A stretch of 64,000 nt of DNA, taken from Flavobacteriales bacterium (GTDB lineage: Bacteria; Bacteroidota; Bacteroidia; NS11-12g; UBA955). Each line of letters opens with the position of its first letter. Position 1 is the first letter of the stretch. Of the stretch, positions 27,568 through 37,565 are shown piece after piece. Where the stretch lies: assembly GCA_947496375.1 (NCBI GenBank), contig CANMCY010000003.1, positions 11,568-75,567 of the forward strand. The letters run 5' to 3'. The notes under the pieces are model-generated. The model was given only the letters and a program-made list of their open reading frames with translations, ran no database searches and was not told the origin of the DNA. A program made the position numbers and the translations under genes.

Positions 27568-30500
27568 TTAGTTCGCTCGTATCAGGTTAACAGAGCCGGA
27601 TACATATTTCTGCTGCTTGCCCTTAAATCTGTAGGTAAGCTGATAGAAGTAAGTACCTTCCGGAACCTCAGGACCATCGTTGTTCACCTGTCCGTTCCAA
27701 CCAACTTTGGCATTCTCTGTCTGGAACACACGCTCACCCCAGCGGTTGAAGATTTTCAGCTCGAAGAGGTCATGACCCTGAATGGGTACACGGTAGGTGT
27801 CATTCTTGCCGTCATTTTTACCTGGAGTAAATACGTTGGCCAGGTATATGAACAAGTCTACAGTAACGGGCTTACAAATTGTATCAACGCAACCGGTGGC
27901 ATTCTTAACAATCAGACAAACCCAGTAGGTACCGCTGCTGTCATAAGACCATTTCACTGACTTGTCATCCGATTTCAAATTCTCAATGAAATCTATTGGC
28001 AGTGTATTCTTGATATCATTCTGGTGACCAAAGCCCCAGCGCCATTCTGTTCCGTTCACATCCGTGCGGGTAAAGACAAAGTCAGGTTTACCACTGGAGT
28101 CAATGTCGAAGTTGGCAATTACACTATCTACCAGGAAAGTATCAATCACGGGAGGAGTCGGACACCAAGGCCTTGGATGGTTACTTCCGTAATCAGCCAG
28201 GTGCGTTACCCTGTATCTACCGGGCACTGTAAACTGCCGTTTATAGTTTTTGGTGGTTACAGTCACGGTGTCTACAGAACCTGTGCTCAGGTTTTCAAAG
28301 CGCCATTTATAGGATTTGAACAGCGTATCTGAATTATCAACAAACTCATTGGTATCGCCGGGACAAATGGAGGGCTTCACTATGAATCCACGAACCGTAT
28401 CACGCTTGATTACAGTCACTATGAATGCACGCTGTCCACCGCCGGTATCAGGATACGTGGCAGGACAGAAACGCTTCAGATTGGGTGGAATAAACAGGGT
28501 GTCGTACTGCTCAAGGAAAACATAGTACTTACCGGGTTTGGTATACACGTGGTTAACAAAGGTATCTTTCTTGTTATCCAATGCTCCATCACCATAGAAC
28601 CAGGTCCAGTCAGCACCTTTGGTCGCTGTATCTGTGAGGTTCTTGAACCGCACTGCTTCGCCTTCACAAATGGTGATATCAAATCCTGCATAATCAGCGT
28701 ATTCAAACTTCGGACGAGGTCCTGGTATCTTGATCCAGCGTTTGATGGTATCAGCACAACCCTGATCTGTTTTGGCAAAGATGGTAATCTGGAACCAACC
28801 GTTGCGGGTGTATTTGTGTGCTAAGCTGGGCGGCAAAAGTTCATCTGAAGATTTTCCACGGGTGAAATAGTTGGTTTTACTGTCTCCCCAGTCAATGAAG
28901 TATTCTCTGATGAAGTCACACTCAATGGGAGTAGGACCGTTACAATTTCGGATAGCCCAGTTACATGGATCAAACAACTTCGTGCTGTCAAACAACTCGA
29001 TGATGGAGTTACATGAAGGTATTTCCAGATTTAAACCAAAGTTAACATCAAGACGGCTGATGAAGAGTCGCTTGCTGATGGTATCGCGGCAACCTGTTGA
29101 GTCACCTACTGCCACGCGGAACTCATAAACACCGGAGTCGTTCTTGTAGTAGATAGTCTTGGGATCGTTGGGTCCGCCACCAAGCTGGAACCAAGGAGAT
29201 CCTACGCCGGTAGCACCATAGGGAGCACCGCCAAATTTGGTAACAGGATTATTGGGGTCGTCATCGCGCTTATTCCAGTCCCAGCGGGTGAAAGGTTCAC
29301 GATTTTTGACACCGGCAAATATGTCGGCCTGTCGCTGTGCATCACGCCAGTAATCATAGGGATCCCATGTACCGAAGTTTAGCGGATCGGGATGGAAGTA
29401 ACGCAGATCCAAACGTGCCTGCAGATTGGTAGCCTGATCCTGACAAATAGTAGAGTCAGGCAATTCTATCATGGCAGCAAAGCCCACAATCACAGGATAC
29501 GCAGCAAATTCATCACACTTACCATTGGCCGATGTCATGCTGATGCTGGCCAGGTGATAACCCGCCCAAGGTGAACGGAATGTATAGGCCCGTACTTTTT
29601 TATTGCCTACAATAGCCGAATCCAAAGGCCTGATATTGGTATCACGCTCATGAATAATCTTCTTAGAGGCAGGATCAGGGCGCAGATAGAACTTAATGAA
29701 GCGGCCAAAACCGTTGGTATCAATACATCCCTTAGCACCGGTCAGCGGCTGTCCTATGATACCGGTATTATTCCATATCATACGGGTAATCTGGGCAGGA
29801 TCAATGGCAAATGGATCAAAACCTCTGGCTTCAAGACGTTCTTTAATTCTATCCCATACCGCAGAAACGTCTGCAGCAGTATCCCATTTGCTAATGATAG
29901 CCGTTACAATGGTATCAGGCGTTTTGTCGAGTTTACCACCATGCTTGCCGTCATTCCATGCAACAGAGCGGTCTGTGCGGGAGTCATCCTGCCATTCGGT
30001 AGAACAAGGCAATTGCTCAGGGCGCGTTTCATAGCGGCTCTGAACCATCAGGTTATAGATTCTCTTGGTACCTGAATCTTTCAGGTAAACACCACGGTAG
30101 TAGTCTTCCTGAATCTGATAACCCCACTGCTTGCTGTAAGCAGGGCTGGCATTACCGGTAGCAAATTCCCAGCGCAGGTTTTTCAGGTCATCGTTTTTGG
30201 TTTTGTTTGCACCAATTGGTCGAACTACAACAGGATCATTTTTACAAATCTTGCGAATGCCCGCAGGGTTAGGAGTAGGGGTAACCACCTCGAATGAAGG
30301 ATCTATCAGAGGGAAACAGGCAAACTTGTCATAGTACTGGGTATCGGCACACAAGGGTGGATCACCCACAGTTCCGCCTTTTTTCACACCATTACCTACA
30401 ATAATTCCCACGGTGATACAGCCATTGGGGTTACATACCTCCGAAGCACTATACTGTTTGGAGTAACGTGAAGGTGGGTTATTGGCTATCTGATAACCCA

Positions 30501-32913
30501 TGTAAGGCATACCGGGAGGACGATTACCGGGTACTAAACCACTGGTAAGGGTAGTCCAGGTGGTAGGCTTACAGAATGTATCGTAGTTGATGCCCACATA
30601 AGAAAAGGTACAACCGGGTTTCAGATCACTCAGGATAAACGTGATACCATACTGAGGGTTTTTACCTCCCAGACATTCTATCGCATCTTTCACCAAACCG
30701 GAACCTACACCACCGGCATTGGCATGCAGCATCGATAGCTGTTTAATATTTTCCGAGGTACAAGCCAGTGGGTGACAAGTATCACCGTGCCATAACCTTA
30801 CGTTGTTACACTGAGGTATTTGAGCATAATACAATTCTCTCCAGCGCTTGTAATCTACTTTATAGTCTAAGCCGGCAGTTCCGGGGAAGGTACGCTTGAT
30901 GAAACCAATAATTCTGGGGTTTTCACCTTTTTTGGTACGAATACGCAGCAACGGCGCTGGCAAGGTATCTTTCTTCAGGAATACCGTAAACAGGAATCGG
31001 AAAGAATCTGTTGGACTTTTCAGCTTGATAATCTGCTTGGGTGAAAGACTGATGGTTTTGGGACCCACCTGCAGCGTGAAAGGACCGGTTTCAGGGCCAA
31101 TATAAGCCGAGTCGCCTGCCTTCAGCAACACATCCACATTATCGGTAATGTAGCGTTCTGCAGGTCCTTTTATGCCTTTTTCCCATAAGTAGGTTTTGGT
31201 TTTGTTGAGTGCATATTTAGACTGGTCAGCCAGCAAACTGTCAGCTTTGCTTTTGGGAATCACCAGCATGGTATCTTCTATGATCCAGTTGGTATCTGAA
31301 GGCCACACATTGATTTTCTTACAAAGTCTGGTGCTTTCAATAAAAATGGCATCCTCCATAGGCGCATTTTTGAAGTCGGAAAGCATGACCAAATCCCAGC
31401 TTTTGTAGTAGTGGGTGGGCAGTGAATCGTGGCTATACTGACAATTAACATTTACGTTCTTGTTGTTCAGGCGATCTGTGGTACACTTTGGCGCATAGTT
31501 ATCACCAAAATTCCACAAACGCACTGCACACACTCGCTGACGGAACAACGGATCCACAAAACCCTTGGGCTTTACCCATGTCTGGTTGTTGTCGAATACG
31601 TGACCGGGATGATAATTACCGGGCCACTTCTTGAACGTGCTGTCATCGTTCCACATGTTCTTATCGTTGTGATAGAACTTAGAGAAGTTCTTAAAGTGAA
31701 CGGTATCCTGAACATCTTTAGGACACTGGAACACTTCAAATTCAGCAATTCGGTTAAAGGGTATTTCGATCGTCGATTGTGGGCCAATAATCAATACAGT
31801 ATCGTAAGCAACCTTCTTGCGGGTAATACCACCGCAAACGATATCATAGGTGAACTTAACCTGGTATGGACCAAGGCCTGTGAAACTGTGAGGAGGTGCC
31901 AATGACCTGTTATTGGTATTCTGATTGCCTGAGGGTGGATCACCAAAATTCCACAGGAAGCTGGAAATACCTACCACGGGCTGAGGTGTGAGACTGAATT
32001 TAATTTCAGGATCTGAAATACAGGTAGAGTCCTTATCAGCCACAATCTGGTATTCGCCTTTCAGCACCTGTGCTGCAGCTTTCATCTCAAATGAGTCTTT
32101 ACATCCATCAATCGTTTCAATGACCATTTTGATGTCATAAACACCCGGTTTGTAAAACTTCTTGGTGATGTTGGGGCCCCACTGATTGCCGGTTGTGCCG
32201 TCACCCCAATACCAGGTGATGTTTTTAACCTTATTCTGGGCAATTCTGGAAATATTGCGAATCAGCGCGGTTACAGAATCACAGTCTACAGGTTTGTTGC
32301 TGGTAAATGCCGGGCCTATCGCTTCGCGTACTTTAGCAGCGCAGATGATGGTATCACTGGCCGCACATCCGTTTGCGTCTGTATATTCCACATACAAATC
32401 AAAACAGCCCCCACGAACGTCCTTAATGTTGTAGCAAAAAGGGTTTACTACGCTGCTGTTCTGGAAGAACTGACCGTCACCCACCACATATTTGGCTGAA
32501 CGAATGGCTGAACCGTTGGGGTTCTTGGTTGAGTCACTAAAACAGAACAGGTTGTCTTTAAAACACTGCTCAGGCGCTGTGAGCAACTTAAGCTTCGGAA
32601 CCGGACTGGTCTTGATGGTAATCTGAATGTTCGACGTACACTTTGTACCATTGATGGTAGTGATGTAGCGAATGTTCTTTACACCCGGGCTTTTGAATGC
32701 ATAATTCAAGTTTTTCTGCCCTGAAGACGTGTTTTCACCATTAAAATCCCAGTCATGGGTAGTACCTGTGCTGGCACCCAGAAACTGAATGGGAGATCCC
32801 ACACACTCTGCTCCACTGTACTGAATGGTGCATTGCGCCGCAGCGTAATTTCCTGCAAAAAGCAGAAACATCACCGGCACAATCCTGTTTAAGATGGCTG
32901 TATAACCTTTCAT
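27568..32913 (-). CDS. Giant PKD-repeat-rich secreted protein with CHU_C (T9SS type-B) C-terminal domain
   Basis: Signal peptide MKGYTAILNRIVPVMFLLFAGNYAAAQ; I placed the start at the internal ATG 32913. At least seven PKD-like W-x-F-G-D modules are visible (HDWDFNGE, WYWGDGTTG, WNFGDPPSG, WNFGDNYAP, IDWGDSKTN, WFYGDGALD, WRWGFGHQ). The terminal CHU_C is ANVFTPGKNDGKNDTY...KIFNRWGERVFQ...GWNGQ...GTYFYQL...GSVNLIRAN. Confidence 0.85.
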   Translation of the reverse strand: MKGYTAILNRIVPVMFLLFAGNYAAAQCTIQYSGAECVGSPIQFLGASTGTTHDWDFNGENTSSGQKNLNYAFKSPGVKNIRYITTINGTKCTSNIQITIKTSPVPKLKLLTAPEQCFKDNLFCFSDSTKNPNGSAIRSAKYVVGDGQFFQNSSVVNPFCYNIKDVRGGCFDLYVEYTDANGCAASDTIICAAKVREAIGPAFTSNKPVDCDSVTALIRNISRIAQNKVKNITWYWGDGTTGNQWGPNITKKFYKPGVYDIKMVIETIDGCKDSFEMKAAAQVLKGEYQIVADKDSTCISDPEIKFSLTPQPVVGISSFLWNFGDPPSGNQNTNNRSLAPPHSFTGLGPYQVKFTYDIVCGGITRKKVAYDTVLIIGPQSTIEIPFNRIAEFEVFQCPKDVQDTVHFKNFSKFYHNDKNMWNDDSTFKKWPGNYHPGHVFDNNQTWVKPKGFVDPLFRQRVCAVRLWNFGDNYAPKCTTDRLNNKNVNVNCQYSHDSLPTHYYKSWDLVMLSDFKNAPMEDAIFIESTRLCKKINVWPSDTNWIIEDTMLVIPKSKADSLLADQSKYALNKTKTYLWEKGIKGPAERYITDNVDVLLKAGDSAYIGPETGPFTLQVGPKTISLSPKQIIKLKSPTDSFRFLFTVFLKKDTLPAPLLRIRTKKGENPRIIGFIKRTFPGTAGLDYKVDYKRWRELYYAQIPQCNNVRLWHGDTCHPLACTSENIKQLSMLHANAGGVGSGLVKDAIECLGGKNPQYGITFILSDLKPGCTFSYVGINYDTFCKPTTWTTLTSGLVPGNRPPGMPYMGYQIANNPPSRYSKQYSASEVCNPNGCITVGIIVGNGVKKGGTVGDPPLCADTQYYDKFACFPLIDPSFEVVTPTPNPAGIRKICKNDPVVVRPIGANKTKNDDLKNLRWEFATGNASPAYSKQWGYQIQEDYYRGVYLKDSGTKRIYNLMVQSRYETRPEQLPCSTEWQDDSRTDRSVAWNDGKHGGKLDKTPDTIVTAIISKWDTAADVSAVWDRIKERLEARGFDPFAIDPAQITRMIWNNTGIIGQPLTGAKGCIDTNGFGRFIKFYLRPDPASKKIIHERDTNIRPLDSAIVGNKKVRAYTFRSPWAGYHLASISMTSANGKCDEFAAYPVIVGFAAMIELPDSTICQDQATNLQARLDLRYFHPDPLNFGTWDPYDYWRDAQRQADIFAGVKNREPFTRWDWNKRDDDPNNPVTKFGGAPYGATGVGSPWFQLGGGPNDPKTIYYKNDSGVYEFRVAVGDSTGCRDTISKRLFISRLDVNFGLNLEIPSCNSIIELFDSTKLFDPCNWAIRNCNGPTPIECDFIREYFIDWGDSKTNYFTRGKSSDELLPPSLAHKYTRNGWFQITIFAKTDQGCADTIKRWIKIPGPRPKFEYADYAGFDITICEGEAVRFKNLTDTATKGADWTWFYGDGALDNKKDTFVNHVYTKPGKYYVFLEQYDTLFIPPNLKRFCPATYPDTGGGQRAFIVTVIKRDTVRGFIVKPSICPGDTNEFVDNSDTLFKSYKWRFENLSTGSVDTVTVTTKNYKRQFTVPGRYRVTHLADYGSNHPRPWCPTPPVIDTFLVDSVIANFDIDSSGKPDFVFTRTDVNGTEWRWGFGHQNDIKNTLPIDFIENLKSDDKSVKWSYDSSGTYWVCLIVKNATGCVDTICKPVTVDLFIYLANVFTPGKNDGKNDTYRVPIQGHDLFELKIFNRWGERVFQTENAKVGWNGQVNNDGPEVPEGTYFYQLTYRFKGKQQKYVSGSVNLIRAN

Positions 32914-33063
32914 AATGTTGTTTTTCCTAGTTTGGGAAGCCTCAAAAATATTGTTTTTGAAGCAAATTACCGCATTTTCTGTGTTATTTTTTCTTTTCAT
33001 ATACGGGTTGAATTCTATCATTTTCTCATTTTTAATGTTTACGCTCGTCCTTTTTTTCCTGTG

Positions 33064-34119
33064 TTATCGGTTAAGAAGTATAGATTTTGAAAAGACCACT
33101 GCAGACTTTGCTGAGGGTGTTTTGTAGGTTATAAAAACCTTATATGTACCTGACATACAATCTATTGAGGCACATTTTCCATTCCAGCGCTGCAAAGGAT
33201 TATTGCTTACAAACACCTGCTTACCATAGCGATCTGTTACTATCTGGTTAAATTGGGTCACTTCAGGCAGGGTGATGATGAGTTCATCATTAATTCCATC
33301 CCCATTGGGTGTAAATACATCCGGCACACTCAAGCCCGGGTGGCGCTGACGAACCGACACCTTACAAATGCCTGAATCCATACAATTTGCAGATCTAAAC
33401 ACCATTGCTTTCACAACATATTCTGCATTTTCATCAGCATATACATGATGGGAAGGATTTCCGGATCCGATCTCCCCGTCTCCAAAATTCCATGAGCAAT
33501 ATGCACCTGCCGGTGCGCCATCCAACGAAAACGTCCAGCTATTATCGATGACAGCAACTGCTGCACTCACTTTCAGACTTCTGCCACAAGGCGCGGCACT
33601 TACCATGCCGTGGTCTTCTATCACCAATCGGCGGGATTCTGTCCCGGACAGCTTCCCTCCGGATTGATTTTCCTCCTGTTTTGCAGTGGATTGACTAACA
33701 ACTGAGCCTTCTGATCCGACCTGAGAAACTGCCGCTGATTCAGCAGGATGTGTATAATCACCGGGCTGTACCGTTGCACCGCGCTGATTGGCATTGAATA
33801 CCGCTTTATCCGAAGCGGTCTTTGGCGCAGCTTCTGTTGCGGGATATTTTGTTTGGTTCTCCGCTATGGCGGGTATCTGCGGCTGATCAGCGGTTACCGC
33901 CTTGTTGGTCGGCAAATTTATCACCACCGCTGTTACTCCCAATCCCGCAACTGCCACCCATGTCCACATTGATTTAAAAATGGCCGTAAAAACCCCGTTT
34001 GAGACAGTAGGGCTAAGTCCGGCAGAAACTGACTCCCATACACCCGGAGGCGGGGTGATACCGCTGTCTTTCAGACCGCTGCGAAAAATATCGTCTATGG
34101 AATTTCGTTCGTTTGCCAT
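33064..34119 (-). CDS. Membrane-anchored anti-sigma-like protein carrying a PKD module and a CHU_C (type-B T9SS) C-terminal domain
   Basis: It starts 3 nt after the ECF sigma gene. The N-terminus MANERNSIDDIFRSGLKDSGITPPPGVWESVSAGL is followed by one TM helix (WTWVAVAGLGVTAVVINL) and a low-complexity linker. Then come a PKD motif (CSWNFGDGEIGSG) and CHU_C (VPDVFTPNGDGINDELI...RWNGK...GTYKVFITY...SILLNR). Confidence 0.7.
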   Translation of the reverse strand: MANERNSIDDIFRSGLKDSGITPPPGVWESVSAGLSPTVSNGVFTAIFKSMWTWVAVAGLGVTAVVINLPTNKAVTADQPQIPAIAENQTKYPATEAAPKTASDKAVFNANQRGATVQPGDYTHPAESAAVSQVGSEGSVVSQSTAKQEENQSGGKLSGTESRRLVIEDHGMVSAAPCGRSLKVSAAVAVIDNSWTFSLDGAPAGAYCSWNFGDGEIGSGNPSHHVYADENAEYVVKAMVFRSANCMDSGICKVSVRQRHPGLSVPDVFTPNGDGINDELIITLPEVTQFNQIVTDRYGKQVFVSNNPLQRWNGKCASIDCMSGTYKVFITYKTPSAKSAVVFSKSILLNR

Positions 34120-34122
34120 GCT

Positions 34123-34668
34123 TTAACGCTGATGGGTTAATTTAATTTGCAACATCTTTCTTGCCTTGAACAGCTGAGTCTTACTGGTGTTCTCACTAAT
34201 GCCCATCAATTCTGCAATTTGACCGTGGTTATATCCTTCAATGGCATAAAGATTAAACACTGTTCGGTAACCTACCGGTAAGCTTTGCAATAGGGCGAGT
34301 AAATCTTTCATGGCCAGCTGAGGATAAACTGTATCATCTGCGCTGATTTCGACATGTTGATCAAGCTCATCGGCAAATGGCTCTTTTTTCAATTTCTTAA
34401 TAAAATCCAAACAGGTGGTTACGGCTATGCGCTTACTCCAGCCCTCAAAAGAGCCCTGAAATCTGAAATTATTCAGACTTTCGAATAGCTTGATGAAGGA
34501 TTCCTGTAACATATCTTTGGCGTTATCTGGGTTTCCGCAATACCGCAGGCAAATGGCGTACATCACCGGTGCATACTTTTGATACAATGCCTGCTGGGAT
34601 TTGGCATTCCCATTCAAACAGGCCTTGACCAGCTCGCTCTCCGTGATGTCCGCATTCAATGATGCCAT
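34123..34668 (-). CDS. ECF-type RNA polymerase sigma-70 family factor
   Basis: Region 2 is YQKYAPVMYAICLRYCGNPDNAKDMLQESFIKLF. Region 4 HTH is LPVGYRTVFNLYAIEGYNHGQIAELMGISENTSKTQLFKARKML. Confidence 0.85.
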   Translation of the reverse strand: MASLNADITESELVKACLNGNAKSQQALYQKYAPVMYAICLRYCGNPDNAKDMLQESFIKLFESLNNFRFQGSFEGWSKRIAVTTCLDFIKKLKKEPFADELDQHVEISADDTVYPQLAMKDLLALLQSLPVGYRTVFNLYAIEGYNHGQIAELMGISENTSKTQLFKARKMLQIKLTHQR

Positions 34669-34743
34669 GCAGGTAATTCATAGACCCTGATTAATCCATA
34701 GAAGACTTTTTCAGTCAAAGGGTTGCTCAGCTATGAAAATTTT

Positions 34744-35841
34744 TTAAAAGGTTTTACTGATTTTGAAGGACATATCGGTGAATATCATTTTCAGATTGCC
34801 GTTTCGCTCCACTTCGTAAATGGCAGCATCCAGCACTTCAAATATTCCGGTAATCTTTTTGGTTGTCATCAGCTTTCCCAATTTCATGACAAATTCTTTC
34901 TCATTATGATTCAGTCCGTTTCGCTCTCCCAGGTGTTCCATCACCGCAACAGCCCTCATTATTTCAATACCGTACAGTAACAACCCTTTTATGTATTCAC
35001 GGCCTTTTCCGCTTATTTCTTCTGCCCACTTAGAGGATTGGTGTAAATTCTTTTTGTAGCAATAGAGCATCCACTGCCGGAAAGGTTCCAGATAAGGGCT
35101 GTCTGTATTAGAAACCAGCTCATTGGCCTTCAGCAGATCACCGCCGGACATCATGGCAAAACGGGCTGCCTCTTCGGTAGGAATTCCCAATTGTCCCGTT
35201 AGGTGAAGGGCTAAATCCTGCTCATCGATGGGCGGCACCCGAATCATTTGAGTGCGGGAAACAATGGTACTCAGCAATTTATCCGGTTGGCTGCAAACCA
35301 ATAAGAACAGCGTGTCGGGTGGTGGCTCTTCCAGAAACTTCAACAACACATTTCCCTCTTTACCCAGATATTCGGGCAGCCAAAGCAACAGAATCTTGTA
35401 TCGGCTTTCATACGCTTTCATGGAGAGGGTTCGAATAATGGCATGACATTCGTCAATCGGAATATTACCCTGCTTATTCTCGGAACTGAGTTGCCTCATC
35501 CAGGATTCATAATTCAGGTAGGCATCGGTCTGAAGCACCTTTCTCCATTGAGGATATAAATCAACACAAACATCTCCCAGACTTGAAGGAAAAGGAAATG
35601 TGAAATGGAGATCCGGATGGGTTAAGGATTGCATTTTCCTGCAAGAATCACATACACCGCAGCTATCATCCGGCAAGGGGCTTTTGCAAAGCAGATACCC
35701 CGCAAATGCCAGGGCAAGGGGCAGGTTACCTGCACCCGATTGACCCAATACGAGCTGCGCATGGGGAATTCGGCCACTGCCTGCCATGGAAGTGAGCTTT
35801 TGCTTTAGGTGGGATTGCCCCACAACTTGTTTAAACTGCAT
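34744..35841 (-). CDS. holB: DNA polymerase III delta-prime subunit (clamp-loader AAA+ protein)
   Basis: RIPHAQLVLGQSGAGNLPLALAFAGYLLC, a zinc-module-like CGVCDSCRK, and LLKFLEEPP and SRTQ motifs. Confidence 0.8.
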   Translation of the reverse strand: MQFKQVVGQSHLKQKLTSMAGSGRIPHAQLVLGQSGAGNLPLALAFAGYLLCKSPLPDDSCGVCDSCRKMQSLTHPDLHFTFPFPSSLGDVCVDLYPQWRKVLQTDAYLNYESWMRQLSSENKQGNIPIDECHAIIRTLSMKAYESRYKILLLWLPEYLGKEGNVLLKFLEEPPPDTLFLLVCSQPDKLLSTIVSRTQMIRVPPIDEQDLALHLTGQLGIPTEEAARFAMMSGGDLLKANELVSNTDSPYLEPFRQWMLYCYKKNLHQSSKWAEEISGKGREYIKGLLLYGIEIMRAVAVMEHLGERNGLNHNEKEFVMKLGKLMTTKKITGIFEVLDAAIYEVERNGNLKMIFTDMSFKISKTF

Positions 35842-36613
35842 TGGCTTTTCGGGTTTTTACATATCGCCATACAAACACAGTCAAACATACCAAAAACACG
35901 CCTACGGCTATGGCCTGACTATGGCTTAGCAGTCCGTTCATTACAAACCCCCGTTCCTCATCACCCCGATATTTCTCTGTGATAAACCTGCCTACTGCAT
36001 ATACCAGACCGTACATTAAAAACAATTGACCATCAAAATATTTCCTTTTTTTCATCAGGAACATCAACCCAATGGCTGCGAACAGGATCAGCGCATCCCA
36101 AATCTGGGTGGGATATAAAGGCGTATTTAGGGGAGATGCATGGCTATTGGGATTATCGAACACAATTCCCACCGATTCATTACATACTTTTCCGTGGCAA
36201 CAACCGGCCATCAAACATCCCAATTTTCCGAATGCATGTACTGTGGCACCGGCTATTCCGGCATAATCAAAGGCCACCCACGGGTTGATGCCTTTTTTTC
36301 TGAACCACCACACCAATACAGGCACTGTTAGCAGAAAAGAACCATAAAAAACAAACCCATTCCCAAAGGATTTCAGCATCAACGAAGGGTTCTCGACATA
36401 CAATTTAGGGTCTTCCAGCCAAAAAAATATTTTACCTCCAACCACAACGGATGCAAAGCACCATAAAAACATTTCACTAACATCCTCAGATTGCAAACCG
36501 TGATGTTTCAGGTTTTTCAACATAAACAGGTAGGCCAATAAAACACCAATAAAAATCATCAGGCCATACCCCTGAACAGATATAGAACCCAGCGAAAAGA
36601 CCTCGGGATACAT
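35831..36613 (-). CDS. lgt: Prolipoprotein diacylglyceryl transferase
   Basis: ISVQGYGLMIFIGVLLAY, LYPTQIWDALI and GRFITEKYRGDE blocks, about 7 TM helices. Confidence 0.85.
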   Translation of the reverse strand: MYPEVFSLGSISVQGYGLMIFIGVLLAYLFMLKNLKHHGLQSEDVSEMFLWCFASVVVGGKIFFWLEDPKLYVENPSLMLKSFGNGFVFYGSFLLTVPVLVWWFRKKGINPWVAFDYAGIAGATVHAFGKLGCLMAGCCHGKVCNESVGIVFDNPNSHASPLNTPLYPTQIWDALILFAAIGLMFLMKKRKYFDGQLFLMYGLVYAVGRFITEKYRGDEERGFVMNGLLSHSQAIAVGVFLVCLTVFVWRYVKTRKANAV

Positions 36614-36637
36614 GAAACAAATATAAAAAAGTATGCC

Positions 36638-37048
36638 TTAAGCGGCAGTATATGTGCGTATCTTTTCTGCTACTGCTTCTAATTCTTCCGTTGTAGGACT
36701 CATTTTGGACCTGGTGAAATTGATATCCCCCACTTCGTTCATGGGTACCAGGTGTATGTGTGCATGCGGAACCTCAAGACCGATAACAGCTATACCTACT
36801 CGCTTGCAGGGGATGGCTTGTTTTAACCCCTTCGCCACTTGCTGTGCAAACAACCACAAATCCTGATATTCCTCTGCATTCAAATCAAAAATATAATCCA
36901 CTTCCTTTTTTGGAATGACCAGAACATGTCCGGGTAACAGTGGCATTACATCCAAAAATGCCAGAAAATTATCATTTTCGGCGACTTTATAACTCGGTAT
37001 ATCACCGGAAACGATGCGGCTGAAAATACTGGGCATATTACAGGCCAA
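36638..37048 (-). CDS. HIT-family (histidine triad) nucleotide hydrolase
   Basis: IFSRIVSGDIPSYKV...PGHVLVIPK...VPHAHIHLVP (H-x-H-x-H-x-x triad). Confidence 0.85.
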   Translation of the reverse strand: MACNMPSIFSRIVSGDIPSYKVAENDNFLAFLDVMPLLPGHVLVIPKKEVDYIFDLNAEEYQDLWLFAQQVAKGLKQAIPCKRVGIAVIGLEVPHAHIHLVPMNEVGDINFTRSKMSPTTEELEAVAEKIRTYTAA

Positions 37049-37511
37049 TATCCAGTATTTCGAGCTTTACTATTCCTGCCGGAACGGTAATTTGAACCAC
37101 TTCCCCTTTGGACTTACCCAACAGACCCGCTCCAATAGCGCTTTTTATGCTGATTTTATTTTCCTTCAGATTGGCTTCCGTTTCGCTTACCAGCTGATAT
37201 ACTGCCTCTTTACCTACATTGTGGTTCAGTACTTTCACTTTGCAAAGTATAGACACCTTGCTGGTGTCCAACTGCGAACTGTCAATAACCCGGGCATTGG
37301 CAATCAGGGTTTCCATCTGACGAATCTTGTCTTCGAGGTGCCCTTGGGCTTCCTTGGCAGCATCATACTCGGCATTCTCACTCAAATCACCTTTATCTCT
37401 GGCTTCTGCAATCGCCTGTGTAATTCTCGTTCTTTCTTCTGTCTTCAAAAAATGCAGTTCCTGCTTGATTTTTTCAAGTCCGTCTTTGGTAAAATATTGA
37501 ATTTCGCTCAT
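37038..37511 (-). CDS. greA: Transcription elongation factor GreA
   Basis: MSEIQYFTKDGLEKIKQELHFLKTEERTRITQAIAEARDKGDLSENAEYDAAKEAQ is the coiled-coil finger. The C-terminal FKBP-like domain ends ...IVKLEILDIGL. The start is placed at ATG 37511. Confidence 0.9.
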   Translation of the reverse strand: MSEIQYFTKDGLEKIKQELHFLKTEERTRITQAIAEARDKGDLSENAEYDAAKEAQGHLEDKIRQMETLIANARVIDSSQLDTSKVSILCKVKVLNHNVGKEAVYQLVSETEANLKENKISIKSAIGAGLLGKSKGEVVQITVPAGIVKLEILDIGL

Positions 37512-37524
37512 TGGATTTGTTATT

Positions 37525-37561
37525 AAAAAAAGGTTGCACCCATGTTTTCCAAAGGTGCAAC
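37525..37561 (-). terminator. Intrinsic-terminator-like hairpin between the PorV-like gene and greA
   Basis: The minus strand reads GTTGCACC-tttggaaaacatg-GGTGCAAC-C-TTTTTTT. The 8-bp stem is at 37554-37561 / 37533-37540, the loop is 13 nt, and the T7 run ends 13 nt before the greA ATG. Confidence 0.5.
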
Positions 37562-37565
37562 ACTG

